Assembly: GCA_965140415.1 (NCBI GenBank)
Contig: OZ223209.1
Coordinates: forward strand, 2,848,001-2,912,000
DNA length: 64,000 nt
Source of the DNA: Myxococcota bacterium
Lineage (GTDB): Bacteria; Myxococcota_A; SURF-8
Reading direction: 5' to 3'
Shown here in pieces: positions 29,013 to 38,438 of this stretch. The position numbers and the translations under genes are program-made. How positions within the stretch are numbered: position 1 is the stretch's first letter; each line of letters starts with the position of its first letter. The notes below the pieces were generated by a model, which saw nothing but the letters and a program-made list of their open reading frames with translations, was not told where the DNA came from and searched no databases.

Positions 29013-30215
29013 ATGACCACTGGAAAGAGCATGTCTGATTGGACGGGGCATAGAATGATTCTGCATGTCGATATGGATGCGTTTTTCGCAGCCATCGAAA
29101 TGCGGGACGATCCCACGTTGAAGGGAAAGCCGGTGATTATCGGTGCCATGCCGGGGATGCGTGGGGTTGTTTCGACTTGCTCATACGAGGCGCGCAAGTT
29201 TGGAGTTCATTCCGCCATGCCAATATCCGAGGCATATCGGAGATGCCCCAACGGCGTTTATTTGCGACCGGATATGAAGCGCTACAGTACTGCATCGAAA
29301 AAGGTGATGCGTGCTTTGCAAGATGTTTCTCCCATAGTTGAACCCGTTTCTGTGGATGAGGCTTACATGGATATCAGTGGCTTGGAGCGCCTCTGGGGTG
29401 GGCCGGAGAAAATCGGTCGGCGGGTGAAAGAGGCAATATGGGAAGCCACGAAATTGTCCGCTTCTGTAGGGATAGGACCGAATCGGCTTGTTGCCAAAAT
29501 CGCATCGGATTTTAATAAACCGGATGGGTTGACCATCATTGCTCCGACAAAAGTTCTTGAGTTTTTATTGCCGTTGGAAATTTCTCGTTTACGAGGCGTG
29601 GGAAAAGTATTCCAACGTAAAATGCGTGACCAGGGAATTCTGACCATTCGGGACTTGCACAGGTATACAGAGGAGCAACTTGTGCAACGATTCGGTCTGG
29701 CGGCGGGTAGGATGTTGTACCGGCAGGCACGAGGAATTGCGTCTGACATTGTGGGGCAGAGCAGTGGACGGAAATCGATATCGAAGGAAACCACTTTCAA
29801 TGAGGATGTTACAGACCTCGCACTGTTGCGAAAAACTTTACGAATGCAATCCGAACAAGTTGGCAGTTCATGTCGGCGAAAACAACTGAAAGGTCGCTGT
29901 ATCACTTTGAAAATTCGTTTAACAGGCTTTGAAACTCATACATGTAGCCTCACTCTTGCCGACTGCACGGATCAGGACAAGAACATTTTTTCCGTTGCTT
30001 GGAAATTATATGAAAACAGTGATTACAAGGGGAAAGCGGTGCGTTTGATCGGTGTTGGAATTTCAGATTGGAGCACCCAACAGCAATTAGACCTATTCGC
30101 ATCGAAAGCTCAGCAGGAGAGTACAGTCACAAATATCAAAGATGAAATTCGAATGCGCTTCGGTTCGCATGTGGTCGGTTTTAGAGCGAAAAAAGAAAAA
30201 CCACGATCAAAATAA
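29013..30215 (+). CDS. dinB: DNA polymerase IV
   Basis: HVDMDAFFA, SYEARKFGV, SVDEAY, AKIASD.KPDG, VRLIGV and a C-terminal clamp motif QLDLF. Confidence 0.95.
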   Translation: MTTGKSMSDWTGHRMILHVDMDAFFAAIEMRDDPTLKGKPVIIGAMPGMRGVVSTCSYEARKFGVHSAMPISEAYRRCPNGVYLRPDMKRYSTASKKVMRALQDVSPIVEPVSVDEAYMDISGLERLWGGPEKIGRRVKEAIWEATKLSASVGIGPNRLVAKIASDFNKPDGLTIIAPTKVLEFLLPLEISRLRGVGKVFQRKMRDQGILTIRDLHRYTEEQLVQRFGLAAGRMLYRQARGIASDIVGQSSGRKSISKETTFNEDVTDLALLRKTLRMQSEQVGSSCRRKQLKGRCITLKIRLTGFETHTCSLTLADCTDQDKNIFSVAWKLYENSDYKGKAVRLIGVGISDWSTQQQLDLFASKAQQESTVTNIKDEIRMRFGSHVVGFRAKKEKPRSK

Positions 30216-30248
30216 GACCGTGGTTTTAAAGTGATTTGCTGCTTTTGC

Positions 30249-31394
30249 CTACACCATTCGTTCCGGTTTTGTGGAGGAATATTCTCGTTTATTCGACGAG
30301 AATATGCGATATCCCCAATCCAGTCGCACGAATGCGATCAGCAAAGATAAAAGGATTATCAGTATCGCTGCGGTGAGCGTTGGGCTGTGAACGTCACGGA
30401 AAAAGATTTTTCCTTCACCTACGGCTGGAGTCGTAATGGGCATAAGTGGCAATCCGTAGCGTTCAGCCAGTCGATTGATTTTCGTCATGTGAATGACGGG
30501 TATGCCTTCGTAGATAAATCGAGTCATTACCGAATCGATGATCGAAGCGCCTCTTGGGGCGGTGCGGTTCAGACCGGGATGGAACATCAACTTGCCGACT
30601 TTCGTACCGACTGAAGTCGTGCCTCCGCCGACATTGATATACACCTTGTAGTCGCCTTGACCGGCATGCAATCTATAAAGTGACATTCTCTGCTCAACAC
30701 TATCGGCATAATCTTTGACTGACAATGAGGGAAGACCGCTACGCTCGATTACGCCGTCCAACATTTTACGGGCGTCTTTGGTCAAACCCAATGCTCGGTC
30801 GTCGATACCTCCTCGAGAGAGAGCAACCGATCTTGAGGGAAACACACGCTTCTCTACCAACACTCGTTCCATATCCGGCCACATCATGTCCGGTAGGTTC
30901 GCGCCCCATTGTGAAGAGCCTGCACTGGAAATCGTAACCGGTTTCAGTTCCAACACCTGGACTGCCGCCAACACAGCGATATTGATGGCGGGAAAGGAGC
31001 CGGACATTCCTATGGCCACTTTGTCGCCGGGCTCTACTCCAGCTCGCTTCAGCAGATGTACAACTACTGCTGCGAAATTAGGATTGGCTGAAGTTTGTTT
31101 TGAGGGAAGGTGCCCAGGATTAGTTGTGACTGGCGAAAGCAGTTCTCCGATGATTCCTGAAAGTGCCGGGTCGGATTCTGCGTCAATGCGATGACCGATA
31201 CGAATTCGTTCTTTCTTGATCGTTTCAAATGCGTCTCTGGTTAGCTGAGCGGCTTTGATCTTTTCCGTATAAAACGGCTGTTTTTCGCGCACACTGTAAG
31301 TTTCGACCGCAATTAATCCTGCAATTGAAAGTAGGGCAACCAAAGAAAGCAGACGCAAGGAAATGCGCTGGGGGCGCCAGTAGAGCTTTTTCAT
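30249..31394 (-). CDS. pgsW: Poly-gamma-glutamate system protein (PgsW-like)
   Basis: N-terminal TM, TT.G.L.SKQTS.NPNFAA, SGSFPA.NIA, GSSQWGAN, YINVGG; directly downstream of pgsBC. Confidence 0.85.
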   Translation of the reverse strand: MKKLYWRPQRISLRLLSLVALLSIAGLIAVETYSVREKQPFYTEKIKAAQLTRDAFETIKKERIRIGHRIDAESDPALSGIIGELLSPVTTNPGHLPSKQTSANPNFAAVVVHLLKRAGVEPGDKVAIGMSGSFPAINIAVLAAVQVLELKPVTISSAGSSQWGANLPDMMWPDMERVLVEKRVFPSRSVALSRGGIDDRALGLTKDARKMLDGVIERSGLPSLSVKDYADSVEQRMSLYRLHAGQGDYKVYINVGGGTTSVGTKVGKLMFHPGLNRTAPRGASIIDSVMTRFIYEGIPVIHMTKINRLAERYGLPLMPITTPAVGEGKIFFRDVHSPTLTAAILIILLSLLIAFVRLDWGYRIFSSNKREYSSTKPERMV

Positions 31395-31837
31395 GACAGC
31401 ACCTCCGGCCCCACGATCAGAATGAGAATGAGACGCACGATAACCGAAACGATGGTCAAAGATGCCAGTGTTTGGACTACGCCTTGTTTGTCCATCCAGA
31501 GGGCAATCAGTCCTGGAATAATAAATCCGATGACATAGTAATCAAGCATGGCTACACCGCGCCAATTGCTGACCAGCATGCCGATGATATAGCCAACCAA
31601 GATCATCAAAGCCGTGCGGCGTCTTCCGTAGATGATCATGAAGGAAGAAAGCGCCCGGACAAAACCGAAGGTTGCAAAGGCGACTGCCAGAGTGATTGCA
31701 ATATCCGCCGGCTTGGTGAGATACAAAGCCATGTAGCCAGGAACGATCAAGCCGCCAGTTGCTATTCCAAAGACTTCCGTAAAGAGCATCCCGACAACCA
31801 AGCCGATTCCAACCGCCATCGAAAGAAGTTCGATCAT
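31391..31837 (-). CDS. pgsC: Poly-gamma-glutamate biosynthesis protein PgsC/CapC
   Basis: GGLIVPGYMAL, IYGRRR, IGFIIPGLIA.W; TGATG coupling to pgsB. Confidence 0.93.
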   Translation of the reverse strand: MIELLSMAVGIGLVVGMLFTEVFGIATGGLIVPGYMALYLTKPADIAITLAVAFATFGFVRALSSFMIIYGRRRTALMILVGYIIGMLVSNWRGVAMLDYYVIGFIIPGLIALWMDKQGVVQTLASLTIVSVIVRLILILIVGPEVLS

Positions 31838-33030
31838 CACTGTTCCTCCGGAACACTTCGATTCTTGAAATAGCGCACCAACTTCAATCCTTGCCCGCCA
31901 ATATTTCCCATTCCAACAATCAGGGTGGTTTTTCCGCACACTTCTAAAACTTGCTCAAGAATATCGTCCATTCTTTCGCTATCTACGTGTATCAGCTTCT
32001 GTGCGATCTGGTTTTTCTGTGCTGCGATGCGAGCGAAAAGGTATGCGCCCGATCCCATAAGAATCACATTGTCTGCTCGATGCCAGAAGTTTGCGTCGTG
32101 GGCGAATTGATGGGTTCGCGATGGTCGGTCTCCACGCAAATTGAAAATTCCAATTACCCGTTCCGCCTCGTGATGCTTTTCAAGAGAGTAGCGCCAGATG
32201 GTTTTCGTTGATTCTGGATCGTTGGCGGCAAAGCCGTTGATGAAAATGATTTTACGACCATAGAAATTCAATGTATATTCGCTCATCGCTCCCGGATCGG
32301 GATGCGTATTCCACATGCCTTGAATCGCTGTTTGCCGATCAATGCCGAAATCGGAGAGAATTCGAAGAACCAAAGCTACGTTTTCCTTGTGCTCGGTATA
32401 GCAAAATCCCGCCATTTCCTTGTCTGTTACTGCATTCACATCTGCTTCGTCAACACTGACGACGCGAGTCCCTCGATCATTGGCAGCGAGGGTAAGCGTT
32501 TCAAGGTGTTTTTGTTCCGCTGTATAAAGCACACCTTTTATGGGAATCATGCCTGCAAGTGTCAGGGCAACGTCTTTTTCGGTCGGTCCCATAATATCAA
32601 GATGATCGGCGCGAGCATTGGTGATGACGCCGTGTGTGGCCTTGATCAACATGTTTTCGGAGACCCAGTGCAGCAAAGGTTGCAATGCCATGCATTCCGC
32701 AACCAACGCTTCCGCACCGATGTTGATTGCTGCCGAAACAACTCTCTTCTGTTCGATAATATTCGCGCCCAATGGACGGTATATTGGAAACTCTCTGTGG
32801 TCAGGTAATATCATGCGCGCAAGAGTGCCGGTGGTTTTAGCTGCTGTAGATATTCCCCCGGCGTTGAGCCCGGCATGAATCAGGCGGGTAACGCTAGATT
32901 TTCCCCTTGTGCCACTGACGTGGATACGTGTCGGGAGTTTATGAAGATGGCTCGCGTGCAGTGCTCGTTCGGCTACTCCAAGACCGATTAGTCCTCCTGC
33001 AAGGAGGCTTAGAACTTCTACTCCGACCAT
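31837..33030 (-). CDS. pgsB: Poly-gamma-glutamate synthase PgsB/CapB
   Basis: RIHVSGTRGKSSVTRLI, AKTTGT, NIIEQ, ECMALQP, TNARADHLD, GFAANDP.ST, GMGNIGG. Confidence 0.95.
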   Translation of the reverse strand: MVGVEVLSLLAGGLIGLGVAERALHASHLHKLPTRIHVSGTRGKSSVTRLIHAGLNAGGISTAAKTTGTLARMILPDHREFPIYRPLGANIIEQKRVVSAAINIGAEALVAECMALQPLLHWVSENMLIKATHGVITNARADHLDIMGPTEKDVALTLAGMIPIKGVLYTAEQKHLETLTLAANDRGTRVVSVDEADVNAVTDKEMAGFCYTEHKENVALVLRILSDFGIDRQTAIQGMWNTHPDPGAMSEYTLNFYGRKIIFINGFAANDPESTKTIWRYSLEKHHEAERVIGIFNLRGDRPSRTHQFAHDANFWHRADNVILMGSGAYLFARIAAQKNQIAQKLIHVDSERMDDILEQVLEVCGKTTLIVGMGNIGGQGLKLVRYFKNRSVPEEQ

Positions 33031-33055
33031 GGTGTCTCCTTAGGTTCGAATGCGA

Positions 33056-33910
33056 CTAAGCATACGATAAAAGCATTGTGCGCACAAGCTTTGCGGCGAC
33101 AATAGAGGAAACTCCGCTTGGGTCGTAATCTGGTGAAAGTTCGACCATGTCCATACCGACGACATGAAGGGCGTTAAGTTTTCTAAGGCTTCGATCTAAG
33201 TCAAAATAGCTACAACCACCAGGTTCAGGTGTGCCCGTTCCCAGCAGCACAGAAGGATCCAGCACGTCCAGGTCCAGCGTTACGTATACCGGGCGTTGTC
33301 CGACTTTAGCAATAATCTGATCGATCGCTTCACCCGCAACAGGATACACACAATTGGCTTGTCGCATCCGGTTCCACTCTTCACGTGTTCCGGAACGAAT
33401 ACCGATCTGGAATGTTTCTCCGGTTGGAAGTGCCTCGGAAATCAAATTCATTACCGTGGCATGGCTCAGGCGAACACCGAGATAATCCTGGCGCATGTCG
33501 GCGTGTGCGTCGAATTGAATGACGCATAGTTCCGGATAATTTGGAAGTAGCGCTTGAATGGCACCCCAAGTTACCAGATGTTCGCCGCCAAGTAAGAAAG
33601 GCTTAGCGCCTCTTTCAAGAATTCCTTCAGTCCCTTTACGGATAATCTCCAGTACTCGGGCACTGTCGCCCATAGGAAGATCAAGATTGCCGAGATCTGC
33701 AAAAGCAAGATCATCAAGACTTTGAGTACAGATTGGACAGTAGTCTTCAAGACCTTCAGATGCTTCGCGCAACGCGTTGGGACCGCTTCTTGAGCCGGAG
33801 CGAAAACTGCTCGTGCCATCGAACGGAGCGCCGAAAAGAGCCCAACCGCCGCTTATCAATTCAGTCGAAGCACATAAAAAAGGTTTTGCCTTCAGGAATT
33901 CAGCAGGCAT
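33056..33910 (-). CDS. speB: Agmatinase
   Basis: GGEHL, FDAHADMR, SHAT, DLDVLDPS..GTGTPEPGG ureohydrolase motifs. Confidence 0.93.
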   Translation of the reverse strand: MPAEFLKAKPFLCASTELISGGWALFGAPFDGTSSFRSGSRSGPNALREASEGLEDYCPICTQSLDDLAFADLGNLDLPMGDSARVLEIIRKGTEGILERGAKPFLLGGEHLVTWGAIQALLPNYPELCVIQFDAHADMRQDYLGVRLSHATVMNLISEALPTGETFQIGIRSGTREEWNRMRQANCVYPVAGEAIDQIIAKVGQRPVYVTLDLDVLDPSVLLGTGTPEPGGCSYFDLDRSLRKLNALHVVGMDMVELSPDYDPSGVSSIVAAKLVRTMLLSYA

Positions 33911-33912
33911 GA

Positions 33913-34770
33913 TTATTGGCCTTCGGAAATTAATTCCTGATACAGAGTTTGAGCAAATGCGGGAAGGTGGAACGCGCTGTTTTGAGTCTCTGCCGTATAA
34001 TAGCGCAATCCTTTCATATTCTCAACGCGTTGCCGATTGAAATGCTCGTGTGGGGTTCTGCTCTGCGATGCGAAAGCGAATGTCCAGTAGCCGCTCGGAT
34101 ACATCGGTATTGCACCGCCATATGCAGCGATGTTTTTGAAAACCTGACGCAATTCGAGGAACGTACGCTTCCATGGTTCCAATTGGTAAAACGGAGATTC
34201 CGCTTGCTGAACGAAAATACCACCCGATTTTAGGGCTCGGTTGCAGTCTTCGTAGAAAGGTGAGCGGAAAAGGCCTTCTGCAAATCCGATGGGATCGGTG
34301 GAATCCACGATGATGACGTCGAAGCTGTTTTTATGCTGCCGAATATACTCGATTCCATCCCCAACAAAGACTTCCGCTTTAGGAGAATCGAAACCGCAGG
34401 CAACAAATGGAAGATGCTTTTTGCTTTCAGTGATGACCATTTCGTCGATTTCGCACAATACAGCGCGTTCGACTTCGGGGTGTTTGGTTACTTCCCGTAA
34501 GGTGCCACCGTCGCCGCCGCCGATGATCAGTACCTGCGCGGGAGATGGATGGGCAAAAAGGGTAGGGTGCACCAGCAGTTCATGGTAAGTGAACTCATGC
34601 TTTTCAGTCAGCATGAGAAAACCATCTAATGCCATAACACGGCCTACGGATTCATTTTCGAAGATATCCAGTTGTTGCATGCCGGTATGAACGGATACCA
34701 GTTCGTGATCGATGCGAATCGTTTGACCGTATCCCTTTTCGGCTTCTTTGAACCACTTCGCGTTACTCAT
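33913..34770 (-). CDS. speE: Spermidine synthase (polyamine aminopropyltransferase)
   Basis: YHELLVH, LIIGGGDGG, CEID, DVIIVDSTDP, YPSGYW. Confidence 0.95.
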   Translation of the reverse strand: MSNAKWFKEAEKGYGQTIRIDHELVSVHTGMQQLDIFENESVGRVMALDGFLMLTEKHEFTYHELLVHPTLFAHPSPAQVLIIGGGDGGTLREVTKHPEVERAVLCEIDEMVITESKKHLPFVACGFDSPKAEVFVGDGIEYIRQHKNSFDVIIVDSTDPIGFAEGLFRSPFYEDCNRALKSGGIFVQQAESPFYQLEPWKRTFLELRQVFKNIAAYGGAIPMYPSGYWTFAFASQSRTPHEHFNRQRVENMKGLRYYTAETQNSAFHLPAFAQTLYQELISEGQ

Positions 34771-34788
34771 CTGTACTACCTCAGCCGA

Positions 34789-35277
34789 TTATTGGTCAAT
34801 GGAAGCCATCGGGAACAGGACGACGCCTGCAAATGATGCTCCGACGGTTTCGACTTCATGTTCTGTTGAGATGGACAGGATACGGTCGAGCTCGAAGTTC
34901 CGGTATTTGAAAGCTTCTTCCGCCATGGAACGGACTACGCGTTCAATATCCTGGGAGCGGCCACGTGCGCTGTATTCCATAATCACACCTGGTAATTCCG
35001 GGTCTTTTGGCACTGCGATAGCCACCGCTGCCGAAATGATATCTTGCGGTGTAGAAGATTCGATGCTGCCGTACGCAATCGGAGTATACCCGCCTAATGG
35101 TAGCTTCACCGGTTTGCTCTCGATCATGCCGGGAGGCAGGATGGAGGACAACTTGATAAGATTGACATTCCCGACGCCTGCATTTAACAAAGCGGCATCA
35201 AACGCATTAAGAATCGTGTATCCTTCCGAGTGACCGGCGCAAAGGAAAAAATGAGTCGGCTTTTCCAGCAACATCAA
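34789..35277 (-). CDS. Pyruvoyl-dependent arginine decarboxylase (PdaD family)
   Basis: [27 protein letters not shown] with the Ser-Ser self-cleavage site; GVIMEY. Confidence 0.9.
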   Translation of the reverse strand: MMLLEKPTHFFLCAGHSEGYTILNAFDAALLNAGVGNVNLIKLSSILPPGMIESKPVKLPLGGYTPIAYGSIESSTPQDIISAAVAIAVPKDPELPGVIMEYSARGRSQDIERVVRSMAEEAFKYRNFELDRILSISTEHEVETVGASFAGVVLFPMASIDQ

Positions 35278-35693
35278 GCATCTCCGTGTTGAAAATGAAA
35301 AGAATTGAGTTCGGTTCGCGGCAGGTCTATATGGGTTTCCGAAACTTCAATAATCCCACGTTTCATTTCTTGATGCGCCGTCCGCCCAGCTTTGAGTTTA
35401 CGTTCGATGTATTCGAACGCGATCCATGGATCTACCGTATCGCCACAGGTGAAGAGATCCAGCGCGGCATATCCACTCTCTGGCCATGTATGGATGGACA
35501 AATGTGACTCGGCGATCACGACCACTCCACTCACTCCTTGTGGGGAAAATTTATGAATGACGTTTCCCACGATGGTGGCTCCGGCTAATTCCGCAGCCTG
35601 CAACATCATGCGGTTTACCGATTCCTGATCGTTCAAAACGACCGGATCGCAGTCATACATTTCCACAAGAATATGACGTCCCAATTCTTTCAT
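35274..35693 (-). CDS. speD: S-adenosylmethionine decarboxylase proenzyme (short class)
   Basis: [43 protein letters not shown]. Confidence 0.95.
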   Translation of the reverse strand: MKELGRHILVEMYDCDPVVLNDQESVNRMMLQAAELAGATIVGNVIHKFSPQGVSGVVVIAESHLSIHTWPESGYAALDLFTCGDTVDPWIAFEYIERKLKAGRTAHQEMKRGIIEVSETHIDLPRTELNSFHFQHGDA

Positions 35694-35736
35694 TTCTTAG
35701 ACTCCACTCGAAAACAGCGTCACATGCGCAAAATGG

Positions 35737-35783
35737 AAGAAAAGAGCCGGGGAGGGACTGATCTGCTCAGTCGCCTCTCCCGG
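35737..35783 (-). terminator. Terminator-like hairpin between the HU gene and speD
   Basis: Minus strand: CCGGGAGAGGCGACTGA-GCAGA-TCAGTCCCTCCCCGG followed by CTCTTTTCTT. Confidence 0.6.
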
Positions 35784-35848
35784 GTCCGTTCGCTTTACCC
35801 TAAAAAGGTAAAAACAGGAAAAGAATCAACTTGTCAGTTTAGTATCCG

Positions 35849-36178
35849 TTATTTTTTGGCTTTCTTAGGCGGAACGATTGATTCCTGGAAAGATTTGGAC
35901 AGTCGCATCTTCACAACGGTCTTGGCGGCAATTTTGATCGTTTCGCCGGTGGCCGGATTGCGTCCCATGCGTGCTGCACGTTTGGTCAGGGCTACTTTAC
36001 CCATGCCGGGAATGGTGAAGGTTCCGTTTTTCTTGGCTTCTTTGGCGGCCAGTTTGACCAACTCATCAAGAAAGTCACCAGCGGTGGCTTTGCTGATTTC
36101 AAACGTGTCGGCGAAATGTGCAATCACCTGAGCTTTGGTCATCGGCTTTTTGGGGGCGGCTGTTTTTTTCTCTGCCAT
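35849..36178 (-). CDS. HU-family DNA-binding protein
   Basis: MTKAQ..., F.IPG.GK, RAARMGRNPATGETIKI; Lys-rich termini. Confidence 0.95.
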   Translation of the reverse strand: MAEKKTAAPKKPMTKAQVIAHFADTFEISKATAGDFLDELVKLAAKEAKKNGTFTIPGMGKVALTKRAARMGRNPATGETIKIAAKTVVKMRLSKSFQESIVPPKKAKK

Positions 36179-36419
36179 GTTAAGTCTCCTTAATCATTTA
36201 GAATTAGTTGAATGCTACTATGCAGTTCCTGAAAAAATCGTAGTACATCAAAAGCGAATAGATATTTTCAGAAACCGAAACCATAATTGAATCATCTATT
36301 GCGTTCCTTTTAAGACACTAAAAATGGAACGAGAACCGTTTGCCCGCTGTTGCAATACTAAAAACGCCGCAGCATTGCTTGGCGAGAGCGAATTCTTTTA
36401 TACTCTAAGTCGTATAAAG

Positions 36420-36713
36420 TCAATGTACTTCTTTGCCGCGAATCAATCTAATACTTGAATCTTCGGACATCTCGATCATCAACATGCCGTCATCGCCTTT
36501 ATGGACGATTCCTGTGACTTGAACTTCCTGGCGTAATCTGGAAAATAATTCCTGGGAGGATGGGGTCTCTATGACAAAATATTCTTTTTCACCATCAGTG
36601 AAAATGCTTACTCCGGTGACTTGGTTGTCTTTGCCCCATTTGGAGGCAGTGACAATACCGGTAACCGTTGTGATTTTATCATGCTTCTTTCCAGGCAAAA
36701 TGTACCTCATCAC
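36420..36713 (-). CDS. Small hypothetical beta-rich protein under a sigma54 promoter
   Basis: 97-aa ORF with a duplicated VTGIV motif, directly downstream of a -24/-12 site. Confidence 0.65.
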   Translation of the reverse strand: MMRYILPGKKHDKITTVTGIVTASKWGKDNQVTGVSIFTDGEKEYFVIETPSSQELFSRLRQEVQVTGIVHKGDDGMLMIEMSEDSSIRLIRGKEVH

Positions 36714-36758
36714 TCATGGCCAGATATCGAGTCTTGCAAAATCAACGGGCCGCACTAA

Positions 36759-36774
36759 AGCAGAAATCGTGCCA
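36759..36774 (-). promoter_or_regulatory. Sigma54 -24/-12 promoter
   Basis: Minus strand reads TGGCACGATTTCTGCT (GG-N10-GC). Confidence 0.78.
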
Positions 36775-36849
36775 CATAAAGAAATTAGAAATAGGTGTAA
36801 CAAATACAATAGGATACTGTTGAGTCGCAAAATTGGTTAGATGATAAAT

Positions 36850-36968
36850 TCGGAACTGTAATGTCCGATAAACCGATTCTGGTTGCATTGAAGGACGAAT
36901 GTTTTCTGTGATTCTCGTTAACACAATGATATTACAGAAGATGTACGAGTCGGAATAAATATGTCCGA
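36850..36968. promoter_or_regulatory. Two palindromic putative enhancer sites, TCGGA-N9-TCCGA
   Basis: TCGGAACTGTAATGTCCGA (36850-36868) and TCGGAATAAATATGTCCGA (36950-36968), upstream of the sigma54 promoter. Confidence 0.7.
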
Positions 36969-36987
36969 AATAGCACTATTCGGAAGC

Positions 36988-38421
36988 TCAATGTCTGGTT
37001 GTGGAGGGGGGCTTGAAGTCCGCCTTGTTAAGACTATGTTTGACCATCAGGCGATGTAGCTGGCGTTCTGTAATGCCAGCGGCTTTGGCGGATAGACCGA
37101 TTTTTCCTTCACATCGCGTTAGCAAGTCATTTAGGTAGCGCTGTTCAAGAACATGATATGCAGACTGGCGGAAGCTGGACAAGGATTGGTTGGTATCAAC
37201 TGGTCGATCCGTTCGCGTGGCATGACCTTCGAAGAGATCGGATGGAAAAGCTTCTTCGGTAAGGATGGAACTCTCTTCCAGCAAATACGCTCGCTCGATC
37301 AGGTTTTCCAGCTCACGAATGTTTCCCGGCCATTCATAATGCTGAAATGCATCCAGTACGTTGGCGTGAATATAATGGATTTCTTTTTGGTATAGAAGAT
37401 TCAAGCGCGAAAGAAAAGTGTCTGTTAATAGTGGTATGTCCTCTCTGCGTTCTCGCAATGCCGGCAGTTCAATAGGAAAGACATTCAGGCGATAGAACAA
37501 ATCACTGCGAAAGGTGCCTTCAAGGCGCCGTTGATTCAAGTCTTCATTCGTTGCTGCGATAATGCGAACATCCACATCGATGTCCTTGGGGCTGCCGAGG
37601 CGGCGAATCTGTTTGTCCTGTAGTACTTGCAGAAGTTTAACCTGCATGGATTGACTGATCGTTCCTACTTCATCTAGAAACAGTGTTCCTCCATCCGCAA
37701 CTTCAAAGCGACCCAGCTTGCGTTCTGTGGCTCCTGTAAAAGCTCCTTTTTCATGACCGAACAATTCACTTTCCAGCAAACTATCTGGGATCGCTCCGCA
37801 ATGTACCGAAATAAACTGGTCCTCTTTGCGTTCGCTGTGACGGTGCAGCAGTTTGGCAAGTAATCCTTTACCGGTACCTGTTTCTCCGGTCAGCAGCACC
37901 GTAACTTTCTTTCCGGCCACGGTTCGGACCTTGTTAAAGATCGCCTGCATTTTGGGACTGTTGGTAGTAACCACTTCCAGCGAATCGTCTTGCCAGAATC
38001 GATCTCGCAGGTAATCCAATTCAAGTTGCAGGTATTTGGATTCGTCCAGGTCCTCTAGCTCGTGGAGGACTTCTTCTCGGACGATTGGATAGGTCAGGTA
38101 GGTGCTGGCTCCAGCGCGAATAATCGAAACGGTTTCTCGGATGCGCTCCGGTGGTGTCAGGATGATGATTTCCACTGATGGAAAAAGCCGCCAGATCCCC
38201 GCCAGTACGCTTTGCATCTCCTTTAAGCTGCGACGACTTTTTGCCGTGCGCAGGATCAAATCGATTTCAAGAAATAAAATCTCATACAGTCGATCCTGGC
38301 GACTTTCAAGAATTTCAAGCGACGGGCCAACAAGAAGGTCCGTCTCGCAGGTGCTTGCCAGCACGTTTTGCAGCGTGCGGCCCATCGCTTGGTTTTCTAC
38401 AGCCACCAGAATCGATTGCAT
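36988..38421 (-). CDS. Sigma54-dependent activator with a degenerate receiver domain
   Basis: GETGTGKG, GAFTGA, FLDE, WPGNIRELEN, HTH. The receiver-like N-terminus lacks canonical DD, D and KP residues. Confidence 0.92.
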   Translation of the reverse strand: MQSILVAVENQAMGRTLQNVLASTCETDLLVGPSLEILESRQDRLYEILFLEIDLILRTAKSRRSLKEMQSVLAGIWRLFPSVEIIILTPPERIRETVSIIRAGASTYLTYPIVREEVLHELEDLDESKYLQLELDYLRDRFWQDDSLEVVTTNSPKMQAIFNKVRTVAGKKVTVLLTGETGTGKGLLAKLLHRHSERKEDQFISVHCGAIPDSLLESELFGHEKGAFTGATERKLGRFEVADGGTLFLDEVGTISQSMQVKLLQVLQDKQIRRLGSPKDIDVDVRIIAATNEDLNQRRLEGTFRSDLFYRLNVFPIELPALRERREDIPLLTDTFLSRLNLLYQKEIHYIHANVLDAFQHYEWPGNIRELENLIERAYLLEESSILTEEAFPSDLFEGHATRTDRPVDTNQSLSSFRQSAYHVLEQRYLNDLLTRCEGKIGLSAKAAGITERQLHRLMVKHSLNKADFKPPSTTRH

Positions 38422-38438
38422 GTTGATCCGTTACCTAA

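Noticed and set aside
29013-30215. dinB as part of a mutagenesis cassette or diversity-generating system for the repeat genes
   Set aside because: A stand-alone ordinary Pol IV; no imuA/imuB/dnaE2, reverse transcriptase or template/variable repeat pair was seen.
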